Assembly (NCBI GenBank): GCA_965213705.1
Contig: OZ243913.1
Span: forward strand, 2,912,001 to 2,976,000
Direction of reading: 5' to 3'
Source of the DNA: Trueperaceae bacterium
Lineage (GTDB): Bacteria; Deinococcota; Deinococci; Deinococcales; Trueperaceae
DNA length: 64,000 nucleotides
The notes below the pieces were generated by a model. The model did not search any database. It saw only the letters and a program-made list of their open reading frames with translations, and was not told the origin of the DNA. Of this stretch, positions 51,763 to 61,118 are shown piece by piece. The first letter of the stretch is position 1; the number at the start of each line of letters is the position of its first letter. The position numbers and the translations under genes are program-made.

Positions 51763-51928
51763 GACTTCCGCTGCCGATGATGCCCCAGACGCAAGCGTCG
51801 AAACCCTCACATAGGCGGCAGTCGTGTAACAGGGATTTGTAAGGGGCCGTAAACGCCGCTAGGCTACTGGCTGAAACAGTGTCTGGTAAGTTCATTCTCG
51901 ATTATACAGAGTTTCGTCCGGGTTTCAG
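51763..51928 (-). pseudogene. Truncated sibling IS: terminal repeat plus the first ~45 codons of a related transposase
   Basis: ORF from 51895 (SSLAAFTAPYKSLLHDCRLCEGFDACVWGIIGSG) aligns with the neighbouring transposase N-terminus (SKLETFAAGYKDLFKDRRLFDGFVGTLQGIIGSG); end sequence resembles the end at 53275-53294. Confidence 0.8.
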
Positions 51929-51934
51929 TGCAAG

Positions 51935-53294
51935 CTGAGATCCGGACGAAATTCATCTTTGTGGAAAAAGACGATGTGCAAGGGATAATAAGGCATCGTC
52001 ACCGCCGACGAGAGGTGCGTACTGAGTGACTACAAGAAAAGAAGCGAGGTGCTCAAGCGCGGTTGAGAAGGTTCGGGGTCCGGGTCTACCCTTGGTATGG
52101 GTTTGACCCAACCGGGTAAGAAAGTCGAGCGCTTCATCCTCCTCGGCTACACCCAGGTCGTGCAAGAACGCCGCGGCTATCCAGGCGAAAGCTACAAGCG
52201 TCTTCAAAGCTTCAAACGACATGAGTTGCACAGTTTCCCAACCAAGACTCGACTTCGACCAGGCGAACAGGTCTTCTATCGCCCAGCGCTGCCGGTAGGT
52301 TTTCAAGAGACGTTCGAGCAGTTGCTGCTCTTCACCCTCGCGCAGCGTGAGGTTGGTGATGAGCACCCAACCTTTAGTTTTAAGCTTGGAGCGGACTTGC
52401 GCCACACATACCTCAAGCCCGAGCGCGTCTGCAAGCTCAACTTGAACCGCCGCTATAGCAACCGGCACAGGCTCGTGTTTGTGGCGTTTAGCGCTCGGGT
52501 CGAGCAAGCGTTTTTCGAGACTGGCGTTCGCCAGTAAAGGTGCAGACCCTAGCACCTTTGTAAGGTTGCTGGGGCGGTTGTTGAGCAGACACTTACGTTT
52601 CATGTGCTGCACGCGGGTCACGAAGCAGTCCCCCTTTTGGTGAATGTGCCGCATCAGCTTGAGGTTGTCGCCGGCCCTGTCGACAACCCACAGCAACCTA
52701 CCTACCCCTTGAGCACGGAGCGCAGCCGTAACAGCGTCGATGGCTTGGCAATACGCTACGTTTGCGCTTTTGAAGCCCGGTTCCAGGGTAGAAAAGCTGT
52801 GGTGATAGACAATCGCCCTGACGCCACTCTCGCCGATAGCCAGCACGTTCAAGGTGTGAAAGCCTGAGACGGGTTCGCCTTCCAAACTTCTGACCGTGTC
52901 CAGGTGTTCCAAACAGCTTGCAAACGGTTTACGCAGGTCGCTTTCGTCCATAATCAGTAGCACCTCGTGTTCACCCTGCAGGCGTTTAGCACCTTCTTTT
53001 GTCAACTGAGTCGTAAGACGGTCTGCACTCAGGTCAGCCCGGTCATTCTGGTTATGCACCAGGCGACGGACGCGCCTTTCGGCGTGCAAGCTCGTTCCCA
53101 AGCTGCTACTGCTTTTGGCAATTCGGCTAACCCTCAAATCCCCGCTGCCGATAATGCCCTGCAACGTACCCACAAAACCATCGAATAACCTTCTGTCCTT
53201 GAACAAGTCTTTGTAACCAGCAGCGAACGTTTCCAGTTTGGATAGCTTTGTTTGCATAATGCTCTGGTTATACAGACTTTTGTCCGGTCAACAG
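51935..53294 (-). mobile_element. IS4-superfamily insertion sequence (about 1.36 kb)
   Basis: Imperfect 20-bp terminal inverted repeats CTGAGATCCGGACGAAATTC / CTGTTGACCGGACAAAAGTC (14/20); flanks TGCAAG and TGCAAC as a possible 6-bp target duplication with one mismatch; lower GC. Confidence 0.8.
51953..53257 (-). CDS. DDE transposase (IS4-like)
   Basis: IMDESDLRK, VVDRAGD, WVLITN, YRQRWAIEDLFAWSK (YREK motif). Confidence 0.9.
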   Translation of the reverse strand: MQTKLSKLETFAAGYKDLFKDRRLFDGFVGTLQGIIGSGDLRVSRIAKSSSSLGTSLHAERRVRRLVHNQNDRADLSADRLTTQLTKEGAKRLQGEHEVLLIMDESDLRKPFASCLEHLDTVRSLEGEPVSGFHTLNVLAIGESGVRAIVYHHSFSTLEPGFKSANVAYCQAIDAVTAALRAQGVGRLLWVVDRAGDNLKLMRHIHQKGDCFVTRVQHMKRKCLLNNRPSNLTKVLGSAPLLANASLEKRLLDPSAKRHKHEPVPVAIAAVQVELADALGLEVCVAQVRSKLKTKGWVLITNLTLREGEEQQLLERLLKTYRQRWAIEDLFAWSKSSLGWETVQLMSFEALKTLVAFAWIAAAFLHDLGVAEEDEALDFLTRLGQTHTKGRPGPRTFSTALEHLASFLVVTQYAPLVGGDDALLSLAHRLFPQR

Positions 53295-53463
53295 TGCAAC
53301 CTCTTGACGAATGCTGCATACCGGGCTACACTATCTTTTATCAGCGCTCACGAGGCGCTTCTTTTTTTGCCCTTTTCCAAAGTTTGCTGGCTTTACTTAC
53401 TTATGGTTTGAGTTTGGGCCGGTCTCGAGCCGAGTTGTGACCACCCGTTTTAGACTGTAGGGC

Positions 53464-54651
53464 ATGGCAAAGGCTGCAACCCGTTCCATCACCTCCCCCA
53501 AAGACCAGAGTGCGACTTTTGTCGAGCTGTTTTTCGACCTCGTGTTCGTTTTTGCCGTTACCCAGGTGGTCGGGCTGTTGCACGACGGCTTGACCTGGGC
53601 CAGCGCGGGTCGAGCGGTGCTGGTGTTTTGGCTGGTGTGGTGGGCTTGGACGCAGTTCACCTGGACCTTGAACGCGGCGGACACGACCCACAGCCTCATA
53701 GAACTGGGGACGTTGCTTGCGACCGCTGCAGCTTTTTTCATGGCTATTTCCGTGCCGCAGGCTTTCGGCGAACGCGCCCTGTGGTTCGCCGCCACGTACG
53801 TGCTCGTTCGGGTGATAGGTCTCGCTTTCCAGGTTTGGGTCGCCTGGGCGAACACCTCGCAACGCGCCGCAGTCCGCAGGTTCGCCCTCTTCTCGCTCGG
53901 CGGCCTCGCGGCCGTCACGGCGGGCGGCTTGGCGGGCGGCGCGGCCTTGTACGGGTTGTGGGCGCTCGCCATTCTTCTCGACTTGGCCGCCGCAGCCGCG
54001 GGGGGCCAGTCCGAACACTGGAACATCCACCCCGAGCACTTTACGGAACGGCACGGCTTGTTCGTCATCATCGCTTTGGGTGAAACGCTCATCGTTGCGG
54101 CGGGCGGTGTGGCGGGAACGGTTTGGACGGGCGCAGTCATCGCGGTGGCGGCCCTGAGCGTCGGGGTGACCTGCGCTTTGTGGTGGAGCTATTTTCCGCA
54201 CGTCAGACCCGCCCTCGAGCGCGCCCTCTCCCTAAACAGCGGAGCAGGCCGCTCGACGCTGGCCCGCGACGCTTTCAGCTTGGTGCATTTTCCGATGCTC
54301 TGCGGCGTCGTCGTTTACGCTTTTGCCACCGAAGAAATCGTGGCACATCCGGAAGAGGTGCTGGGAAAAGGCGTTCGGCTGGCCCTGGCCCTCGGTTTGG
54401 CGTTGTTCGTGGGGGGTTCGGGCCTGGCCGTGTGGCGAGCGACGGGGCGTGTGTTGCTGCCGCGCCTGACAGTAACCGCAGGCGTGGCGACCGCCGTCTT
54501 AACCCTGCCGAACCTCGGTCCGACGGTCGCACTGGCGGTCGCGCTGGTAGGTCTCTTGGTCATCGCCCTACTCGAGCGGTGGGCCGGGATGAACTGGGAC
54601 CCTCCAAGTAACACGCAGCAAAAAGAGGCTCCGGAGTCCGAAAAGGGGTAA
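53464..54651 (+). CDS. Low temperature requirement protein A (LtrA) family membrane protein
   Basis: ELFFDLVFVFA, WWAW, HFTERHGLFVIIALGE, LWWSYF; TAGACT 7 nt upstream. Confidence 0.92.
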   Translation: MAKAATRSITSPKDQSATFVELFFDLVFVFAVTQVVGLLHDGLTWASAGRAVLVFWLVWWAWTQFTWTLNAADTTHSLIELGTLLATAAAFFMAISVPQAFGERALWFAATYVLVRVIGLAFQVWVAWANTSQRAAVRRFALFSLGGLAAVTAGGLAGGAALYGLWALAILLDLAAAAAGGQSEHWNIHPEHFTERHGLFVIIALGETLIVAAGGVAGTVWTGAVIAVAALSVGVTCALWWSYFPHVRPALERALSLNSGAGRSTLARDAFSLVHFPMLCGVVVYAFATEEIVAHPEEVLGKGVRLALALGLALFVGGSGLAVWRATGRVLLPRLTVTAGVATAVLTLPNLGPTVALAVALVGLLVIALLERWAGMNWDPPSNTQQKEAPESEKG

Positions 54652-54765
54652 TACCCTTTCCGTTTAATTCCCTCGGAATCAAAGGCGAGCAGAGCAAAAA
54701 ATTGAATTTCGATAAGGAAGCGAACAACTCTTCCAAGGGGAGCTGTAGTATCGGAATCCGTATGA
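54649..54765. repeat. 117-bp element with imperfect terminal inverted repeats, Deinococcus small-repeat/MITE-like
   Basis: Ends TAATACCCTTTCCG ... CGGAATCCGTATGA (10/14 inverted match); AT-rich interior; supplies the ltrA TAA stop. Confidence 0.5.
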
Positions 54766-54868
54766 GGTGCGTTCACTCGACCCAAACCAACCCACAACCG
54801 AACAAACCGAGGAGGTACTGTTTTCCCTTTGGTATCGAACCGCACTTACGCACGCTTCAACAGTGTCA

Positions 54869-55546
54869 CTACTCGGCCAACGGCGCCATTGCCAAACGGA
54901 CGATGTATGCCTGGTCCTGCTCGTCGCTGGGTTGGTACCGTTTGAACACCGAGGCGAGTTCTCGCTGCAGCTTTTTGGCTTCGGCGCGGCTCAAACGTCT
55001 TATTCCCCAGGTATCCCACACCGCTTCCGACGACGGCTCGAGCAAGGTTTCGAAAAATCGGTTGGGGTCGTCTGCGTCGGGGTGAGGTGTGATGTTTTTG
55101 TAAAGCCCACCGTCGGCGTGGCGGTAGAGGTGAACGCCCAAGGCCAGGGATTCGCCCGCGGCCTCGGTCCAAGCGTGCGCGATACTTTTGTTCAGCGACG
55201 TTTGCAGGTTTTCAAACGCGTCGGGGGACAGGGTTTCCGTCGTCGCGTGCGGCGTCGCGCCGAACGGGATGTAAAAGCCGTCGGCCACCGCGCGGTAGTG
55301 TCGCACCGCGCGGCCCCTCCGGGGCTCTAACCTGACCATCTCGACCAAACCCGCACCCATAAATTGCTTGACGCGGTAAAGCACGGAACTGGGGTCGACG
55401 CCGAGTTCTCGGGCGAGTTGACCGGCGCTCCGCTCCTAACCGATGAGCGGTTCCAAAAAACGCCGCGCTTTCGGGTCGGTGACGATTCGCACCGCTTCAG
55501 GGTCGCTCAGCTCGAGCCAGCTCCTACTTGGAAGCTTCTGTTTCAT
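54869..55546 (-). pseudogene. ArsR-like winged-HTH protein interrupted by an in-frame TAG at codon 37
   Basis: ATG 55546 with TAGACT 7 nt upstream; MKQKLPSRSWLELSDPEAVRIVTDPKARRFLEPLIG*ERSAGQLARELGVDPSSVLYRV continues in frame into ORF 54869-55384. Confidence 0.78.
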
Positions 55547-55598
55547 TCCAAGTAGTCTACCTTTCATACTGCTCGCATGTCAGTCGCCGAGGAAAACC

Positions 55599-56837
55599 GT
55601 GCACCTCTTTAGCAACCGCAACTTCGCGCTGCTCTGGTGGGCGGGTTTTCTCTCGACGATGGGCAACTGGGCCTTGCAAATCGCCCTACCCATTTATGTT
55701 TTTGAGACGACCCGGTCCACCCTGGCGACCGGGCTCATGTTCGCGGTGGGCACGTTGCCCACCTTACTGTTCGGCTCGGTGGCGGGGATTTTCGTCGACC
55801 GCCTCGACCGGCGGCGCGTTCTCGTCACCGCAAACCTGTTGATGTTTGTGGGCCTGTTGCCGCTGTTGGTCGTGCCCGCTTGCGGTTTGTGGCTCGTCTA
55901 CGTCGTCGCCTTTGTCCAGGCGACGCTGAGCCAATTCGTCTACCCCGCCGAAAACGCCCTGCTTCCCACCCTGGTCGGCGGGGACCTGGTTTCCGCCAAC
56001 GCGCTGAACGCACTCAACAACAACTTGGGCAGGCTCGTCGGTCCTGCGCTCGGGGGGCTGCTGATGGGCGGTCTGGGTCTGCAAGCCGTCGTCCTCCTCG
56101 ACGCTGCGACGTTTCTTGTGGCAAGCTTCCTGACGGGGCTCATGGTCGTCGCAGAGTCCGCGGGGATTACCGAGACCGAAGAGAAACCACCTGAGCCCGC
56201 CACCGGTCCAGGCGCTGTGTGGCGCGAGTGGCTGGCCGGTTTGCAAATCGTCAGGCGCGAGCGGGTCGTGTCGGTTTTGTTTCTTTACATCGCCGTCACC
56301 TCGGTCGGCGAAGGCGTGATGTCGGCGCTGTTCATCCCGTTCGTCGTGGACGTTCTGCGCGGGGACGCGTTGGAAGTGGGTTGGCTGATGTCGGCGCAGG
56401 CCGTCGGGGGCATCGTCGGCGGGGTGGTCGTCAGCGCCGTGGCGACCCGCTTCGCCCCCGCTCGCTTGCTCGGCTGGGGCTCGGTCGGGGTGGGCCTGGT
56501 AGACGCTTTTCTTTTCAACTACCCCGCCTTCCTGTCGGGCGTCACGCTCGGACTGGTCTTGTTCGCCCTGGCCGGTTTGCCGGTCTCGGCGTTGCAAGCC
56601 GGACTCATGACCTTGTTTCAAACGAACGTGGACGACAAGTTCTTGGGCCGCGTTTTCGGAGCTTACGGAACGACGGCGGCGCTGTTCAACCTTGTCGGGA
56701 TGGGGGCGGGCGGCTTTTTGGGCGACCGTTTGGGAATTGTGCCGGTTATCAACACGCAGGCGGCGGTATACTTTGCGGGCGGCTTGCTCGTGCTGCGTTT
56801 GTTGCGGCGCTCGGTCGGCAAGGCGGAGGGCGTTTAA
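55599..56837 (+). CDS. MFS transporter (DHA3/MefA-like), divergent from the HTH gene
   Basis: NRNFALLW, GIFVDRLDRRRVL, LGRLVGPALGG, FLGRVFG; GTG 55599 after GAGG. Confidence 0.9.
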   Translation: MHLFSNRNFALLWWAGFLSTMGNWALQIALPIYVFETTRSTLATGLMFAVGTLPTLLFGSVAGIFVDRLDRRRVLVTANLLMFVGLLPLLVVPACGLWLVYVVAFVQATLSQFVYPAENALLPTLVGGDLVSANALNALNNNLGRLVGPALGGLLMGGLGLQAVVLLDAATFLVASFLTGLMVVAESAGITETEEKPPEPATGPGAVWREWLAGLQIVRRERVVSVLFLYIAVTSVGEGVMSALFIPFVVDVLRGDALEVGWLMSAQAVGGIVGGVVVSAVATRFAPARLLGWGSVGVGLVDAFLFNYPAFLSGVTLGLVLFALAGLPVSALQAGLMTLFQTNVDDKFLGRVFGAYGTTAALFNLVGMGAGGFLGDRLGIVPVINTQAAVYFAGGLLVLRLLRRSVGKAEGV

Positions 56838-57103
56838 AGGTGCTGGCTTTGTACGACAGGTGTTCCTGCAACGCTCGTTGCCATGAGTCGTTTTCCGCGA
56901 CTCGGAGAAGTGGATGCGAGAAGTAGTCGACCCGCTCAGTCGTCTCAACGCCGAGTAGCAACGTTAAAGGGTAGTGCACTCGGGGTTCAGCCGGGACACT
57001 CGGAAGACGGTTCGAGTGGGTCAGGGCATCCCCAGCGGCGCGCCACCTTGCCAACGTCGCCGCCTGCGAAACTGCGCCACCTCAAACTTGCTACCCTAAC
57101 GGG

Positions 57104-59521
57104 ATGTTACCTTTCGGCCTCACTTTGCAAGCGCCCTGGGTGCTGCTGGCGCTGTTGGCGCTGCCCTTTCTGCCGCGCTCGACCGCTTGGGGCTGGCGGT
57201 TGGCGGCCCTGGCGCTGCTCGTCTTGGCGCTGGCGCAGCCCGGTTTGGGGCGACCCAGCCGCGACGTCGCCGTACTCGTCGATGTGTCCGACAGCTTGGG
57301 CGACCGCGGCCTCAGCGCCGCCCGCGCCCTAGACCTGAGCGGTCTACGGACGAACCCGACTGTGTTTTACTTTGCGTCCGACGCGACCTCGGCCGCGACC
57401 CCCAGCGCCGACGTGCCCGCTTTTTTGGACACCCAGCGGACCGACCTGGCCCGGGCGCTGCAAGTGGCGCAAGCCTCGGGCTCGAGCCGCGCCCTCTTAA
57501 TAAGCGACGGGGCCGAATCGGTCGGTGACGCGCTGCTGGCTTTGCCGGGCATCGCCGTGGACACGTTGCACCTGGTCAGTCGCGACAACGTACGCTTGGT
57601 GAGCTTGTTGGCGCCCGAGCAGGTCAGCCCTTTCGAAACGGTCGAGGTGACGGCGGTCGTCGAGAGTGACCGCGCGGGCCGGGTCACCTTGCGACCCGCG
57701 GCGGGAGGTCAGGACTTAGAACCCGTCAGCGTGGACTTGCGAAAAGGTCGGCAGGCGGTGACCTTTACGGTGCAGGCCGGAGCCGCCGACACGTTGCCGG
57801 TGAGCGCCGCGCTGCAGACCGACTTCGAACAACCCACCAGCGACGACAGTGCGGCGGTCGAGGTGATAGTCAACGAGGGCAGCCCGGTGTTGGTCATCGA
57901 CGACCCGGCGTTGGCCGCGCTGTTGCAAGCGCAAGGGCTGGAGGTCAAGGAGGGGACGCCCGAGGACGTTACCGCGCCGCTGGCCTACGACGCGGTCGCG
58001 TTGCGGGGCGGCGCGGGCAACTACACCAGCGGACAGCTCGAGCTGCTCAAAAGCTACGTGCAAGACGGCGGCGGCCTGCTCATGACCGGCGGCCCGGAAA
58101 GTTTCGGTTTCGGCGCGTGGTACCGCACGCCGGTCGAGGACGTGTTGCCGGTGAATACCGACCTGCGCACCGAAGTCGAGTTGCCCCTGGTCGCGCTCGT
58201 CATCGTGATGGACCGCTCGCAGTCGATGTCGACCGGCCGCCCGAGCAAAATAGAGCTTGCCAAAGAAGGCGCTATCGGCGTGGTGGACTTGGCCTACCAG
58301 GACGACCTGCTCGGCTTGATCGTGTTCAGCGACGCGAACGCGACCGAATGGACCTTCGACCTGCGCCGCGCGACCGAGCGCGGCAAACGTGAGATGGCGG
58401 CGGCGATTTTGGGTATTCAGACCCAGGGCGGCACGGTGCTCGAGCCCGCTTACAAACAGGCCATCGACGCGCTCGCCAACACCCAGGCGGCCATCAAGCA
58501 CATCATCATCTTGAGCGACGGCAAACTTTACGACGGCGGCGTGTTCGGCGCGCCGGGTCAACCCGTCGACTTCAACTCGACCGCCGCCGCCGCTGGGGCG
58601 CTCGGAATTACCACCTCGGCCATCGCCCTGGGTGAAGGCGCGGACTTCGAGCGCTTGGAGTCGATTGCAGCTTCCGGCGGTGGGCGCTACTACGCCGCGC
58701 TCGACGTAAGCACGCTGCCCCGCATCTTCACCAACGAAGCCCTTACCGCCACCCGCTCGCTGTTAAGAGAAGACGTGTTCGCCCCGAGCTTGCGCGCCAA
58801 CCCGCTCGTACCTGCAGGCTTGGGCGCGCCACCGGCGCTCGACGCCTACATCGCCACGACGCTCAAACCGACGGCCGAGACGATTTTGGAAGGCCTCCAG
58901 GGCGAGCCCGTGTTGGCGGTCGGGCGGCAGGGTTTGGGCCGTAGCGCCGCCCTCACCACCGACCTGAACGCGTGGGCCGGTCCCTTGGGCCAGTGGGACG
59001 CCCTGCCGGGCCTCCTCGGCACCGTCACCCGCTGGCTGCAAACCCGCCCCGCCGACTTTTCCGCGACCGTCACGCGCGAGGGTACGCAGTTCAAAGTCGT
59101 GGTGGACGCGGTGCGCGGCGGCGACTACGTCAACGACCTACCGCTTCAGGCGCGCTTCGGCGGCGTGACCGAGCCCTTGGCCCAAGTCGCACCGGGCCGT
59201 TACGAAGGCGTCGTGCCCGCCGCCGAAGGTGGCAACCTGCTCGTCTTGGACGGCGACGACGTCGTCGCGCGCGAAACGGTCGCCGCGCCCGACGCCGAAT
59301 TCGACACGGCAGGCGGCGAAACCTTGCTGCGCACCATTTCCGAGCGCACGGGCGGCAAGTTTTACACGTCCTTGGGGCGCTACGCTCCCCTTACCCCCGA
59401 CGACGCCACCCCGCTGTGGCCCTGGGTCGCGCTCGCCGGGCTGGTCGTGTTTTTGCTCGAGCTGGTCTTGCGCCGCTTCGGTCCCGCCGAGCGCACGAGC
59501 GGTCCAGTCGCGGGCGACTGA
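57104..59521 (+). CDS. Membrane-anchored vWA-domain protein with glutamine-amidotransferase-like domain
   Basis: BatA-like N-terminal TM, DVSDS and DRSQSM MIDAS motifs, ILSDG, GGGLLMTGGPESFG, C-terminal TM; TACCCT 6 nt upstream. Confidence 0.85.
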   Translation: MLPFGLTLQAPWVLLALLALPFLPRSTAWGWRLAALALLVLALAQPGLGRPSRDVAVLVDVSDSLGDRGLSAARALDLSGLRTNPTVFYFASDATSAATPSADVPAFLDTQRTDLARALQVAQASGSSRALLISDGAESVGDALLALPGIAVDTLHLVSRDNVRLVSLLAPEQVSPFETVEVTAVVESDRAGRVTLRPAAGGQDLEPVSVDLRKGRQAVTFTVQAGAADTLPVSAALQTDFEQPTSDDSAAVEVIVNEGSPVLVIDDPALAALLQAQGLEVKEGTPEDVTAPLAYDAVALRGGAGNYTSGQLELLKSYVQDGGGLLMTGGPESFGFGAWYRTPVEDVLPVNTDLRTEVELPLVALVIVMDRSQSMSTGRPSKIELAKEGAIGVVDLAYQDDLLGLIVFSDANATEWTFDLRRATERGKREMAAAILGIQTQGGTVLEPAYKQAIDALANTQAAIKHIIILSDGKLYDGGVFGAPGQPVDFNSTAAAAGALGITTSAIALGEGADFERLESIAASGGGRYYAALDVSTLPRIFTNEALTATRSLLREDVFAPSLRANPLVPAGLGAPPALDAYIATTLKPTAETILEGLQGEPVLAVGRQGLGRSAALTTDLNAWAGPLGQWDALPGLLGTVTRWLQTRPADFSATVTREGTQFKVVVDAVRGGDYVNDLPLQARFGGVTEPLAQVAPGRYEGVVPAAEGGNLLVLDGDDVVARETVAAPDAEFDTAGGETLLRTISERTGGKFYTSLGRYAPLTPDDATPLWPWVALAGLVVFLLELVLRRFGPAERTSGPVAGD

Positions 59522-59629
59522 GCCGCGGCGGCAAACGAATCGTGCCGGGCAACGCGAAAAGTGCAAGGTCTAGTCAACCCGGCTCAGTCCCGCAGACCTA
59601 CTTTTCAGGTGTCCACGACAACGGGCTCG

Positions 59630-60505
59630 TCACTTCACGACCGACAACCCGGACGCGTACCGTACCACCCGAGCCGGAATGTCGACCCCCGTCGTCGTCA
59701 CCGAGTTGCGAAACTCCATCGTGTGGTTGACCTCGACGACGAGCAAGCCCCGCTCCGACTCGACCAAGTCCACCGCAACGACCTCGCCGCCGACGGCCTG
59801 AGCCGCGCGAGCCGTCACCTCGGCGAGTTCTTCGTAAAGCGGACAGTTCGAAGCGCTGCCGCCCCGCGCGGTGTTGGTTATCCAGTGCTCCGAGGTGCGG
59901 TAAATGGCCGCGACGACCTCGCCGCCGACGACAAAGGCGCGGATGTCGCGGCCCGGTTTACGAACGAACTCTTGGATGTAAAACACCTTGTGCTGCGGGC
60001 CGCCCAAAACTTCTTTGTGTTCCAAAACGGCCTCGAGCGCGTCCCGGTCGCTGAGTTTGCTGACCATTCGGCCCCACGAGCCGGTGACGGGTTTCAACAC
60101 GACGGGATAGCCGAAGGTTTCAGCCAGTTTGACGGCCGCCTCCGCGGTAAAAGCGACGCCCGTGCGCGGCGAGGGTACGCCGTCTCGAGCCAACGTTGCG
60201 TCGGTGGCGAGTTTGTCGCCGCAGGTCTCGATGACGTGGGACGGGTTGACGGTCGTGACCCCGAAGGCCTCGAAAATGCGTGTCAGCTCGAGGCCGCGCG
60301 TCTGCGACACGCAGCGGTTTAGAACCACGTCGTACTTCGCAAACTCGGGCACCGCGCTAAAGTCCACGACGAGGTGCGGCGCGTAAAGCTGGTCGAAGGG
60401 CACGCCAACGCGCTCGAACGCTTCGAACAACATGCGCTCTTCGGGCCGCAAGCGGTCGTAGACGACGGCGATGCGGGGGGTGGGGCGGGTAAGCGTTTGG
60501 CTCAT
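59630..60505 (-). CDS. lysX: Alpha-aminoadipate--LysW ligase (ATP-grasp; LysX/ArgX)
   Basis: [54 protein letters not shown]. Confidence 0.95.
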   Translation of the reverse strand: MSQTLTRPTPRIAVVYDRLRPEERMLFEAFERVGVPFDQLYAPHLVVDFSAVPEFAKYDVVLNRCVSQTRGLELTRIFEAFGVTTVNPSHVIETCGDKLATDATLARDGVPSPRTGVAFTAEAAVKLAETFGYPVVLKPVTGSWGRMVSKLSDRDALEAVLEHKEVLGGPQHKVFYIQEFVRKPGRDIRAFVVGGEVVAAIYRTSEHWITNTARGGSASNCPLYEELAEVTARAAQAVGGEVVAVDLVESERGLLVVEVNHTMEFRNSVTTTGVDIPARVVRYASGLSVVK

Positions 60506-60586
60506 ACGGATAGGTGTCGGTCGTTTGTTTTTGGGTGTTGGTCCGAACAGCTTTCAACGACACCCGAAAACGAACTACTAACGACT

Positions 60587-60748
60587 TTACTCCCCCCAAT
60601 CCTCTTCTTCCATCGGCGCGAGGGCGACGGCGAGAGGCCCCGTCCCGACGACCTCCAACTCGCTGCCGCACTCGTCACAGACGATGAGTTCGCCGAGTTC
60701 GTAGCCGCTGTCTGCTACGTCTGCACTGCATTCCGGACAGGTTGCCAT
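60587..60748 (-). CDS. lysW: Amino-group carrier protein LysW (53 aa, absent from the ORF track)
   Basis: MATCPECSADVADSGYELGELIVCDECGSELEVVGTGPLAVALAPMEEEDWGE*: two CxxC motifs and the C-terminal EDWGE signature; AGGAGG SD. Confidence 0.96.
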   Translation of the reverse strand: MATCPECSADVADSGYELGELIVCDECGSELEVVGTGPLAVALAPMEEEDWGE

Positions 60749-60837
60749 GTCGCCTCCTGGACTGTTTGACTGAGTTGGCTCGAGCGGTGTCGATGCTGTC
60801 GAAAAGCTTGGCGTTCTCGAGCGCGGCCTGCTCGTTT

Positions 60838-60909
60838 TGGCGCAACGCCGGACTTGTACCGAAGCTGTGACGTGCCGGTCACGGGGTCCACCCGGGGCGA
60901 CCGCGTTGC
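60838..60909 (-). ncRNA. tRNA-like 72-nt structured element ending in GCCA in the lysW leader
   Basis: GCAACGC/GCGTTGC stem plus G-CCA; GGTC/GACC arm; GTGAC/GTCAC arm; CGG-TACAAGT-CCG T-arm-like hairpin. Confidence 0.45.
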
Positions 60910-60930
60910 CGAGACGGCGTCGACCGCGTC

Positions 60931-60959
60931 ATCCTAAGTCAACGCGCGAGTCCTGTCAA
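60931..60959 (-). promoter_or_regulatory. Sigma70 promoter for the lysW-lysX transcript
   Basis: TTGACA (60959-54), 17 nt, TAGGAT (60936-31). Confidence 0.75.
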
Positions 60960-61118
60960 CCCCAAGAAACGTCGTTCAGCACAATATTTCTTGACGAACG
61001 CAAGGTTGTTTTCAAGTTTTGGCTCGAGTCCCGCGTCAGCCGCCGGACAACGCCTAACAAGCAAAGGTCGGGGCGACGAACGAGCTTCGATTCGTCGGTG
61101 GGCGTTTTAATGGGGGTT

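Noticed and set aside
51902..53300. Integron attC sites flanking the transposase
   Set aside because: Core-site orientation does not fit RYYYAAC...GTTRRRY; better explained as IS ends plus a sibling remnant
55436..55438. Pyrrolysine or other recoding of TAG
   Set aside because: TAG terminates many genes in this window normally and no pyl genes are visible
60838..60909. Canonical or selenocysteine tRNA gene
   Set aside because: No 7-nt anticodon loop, no TTC in the T loop, short T stem and no long variable arm; kept only as tRNA-like
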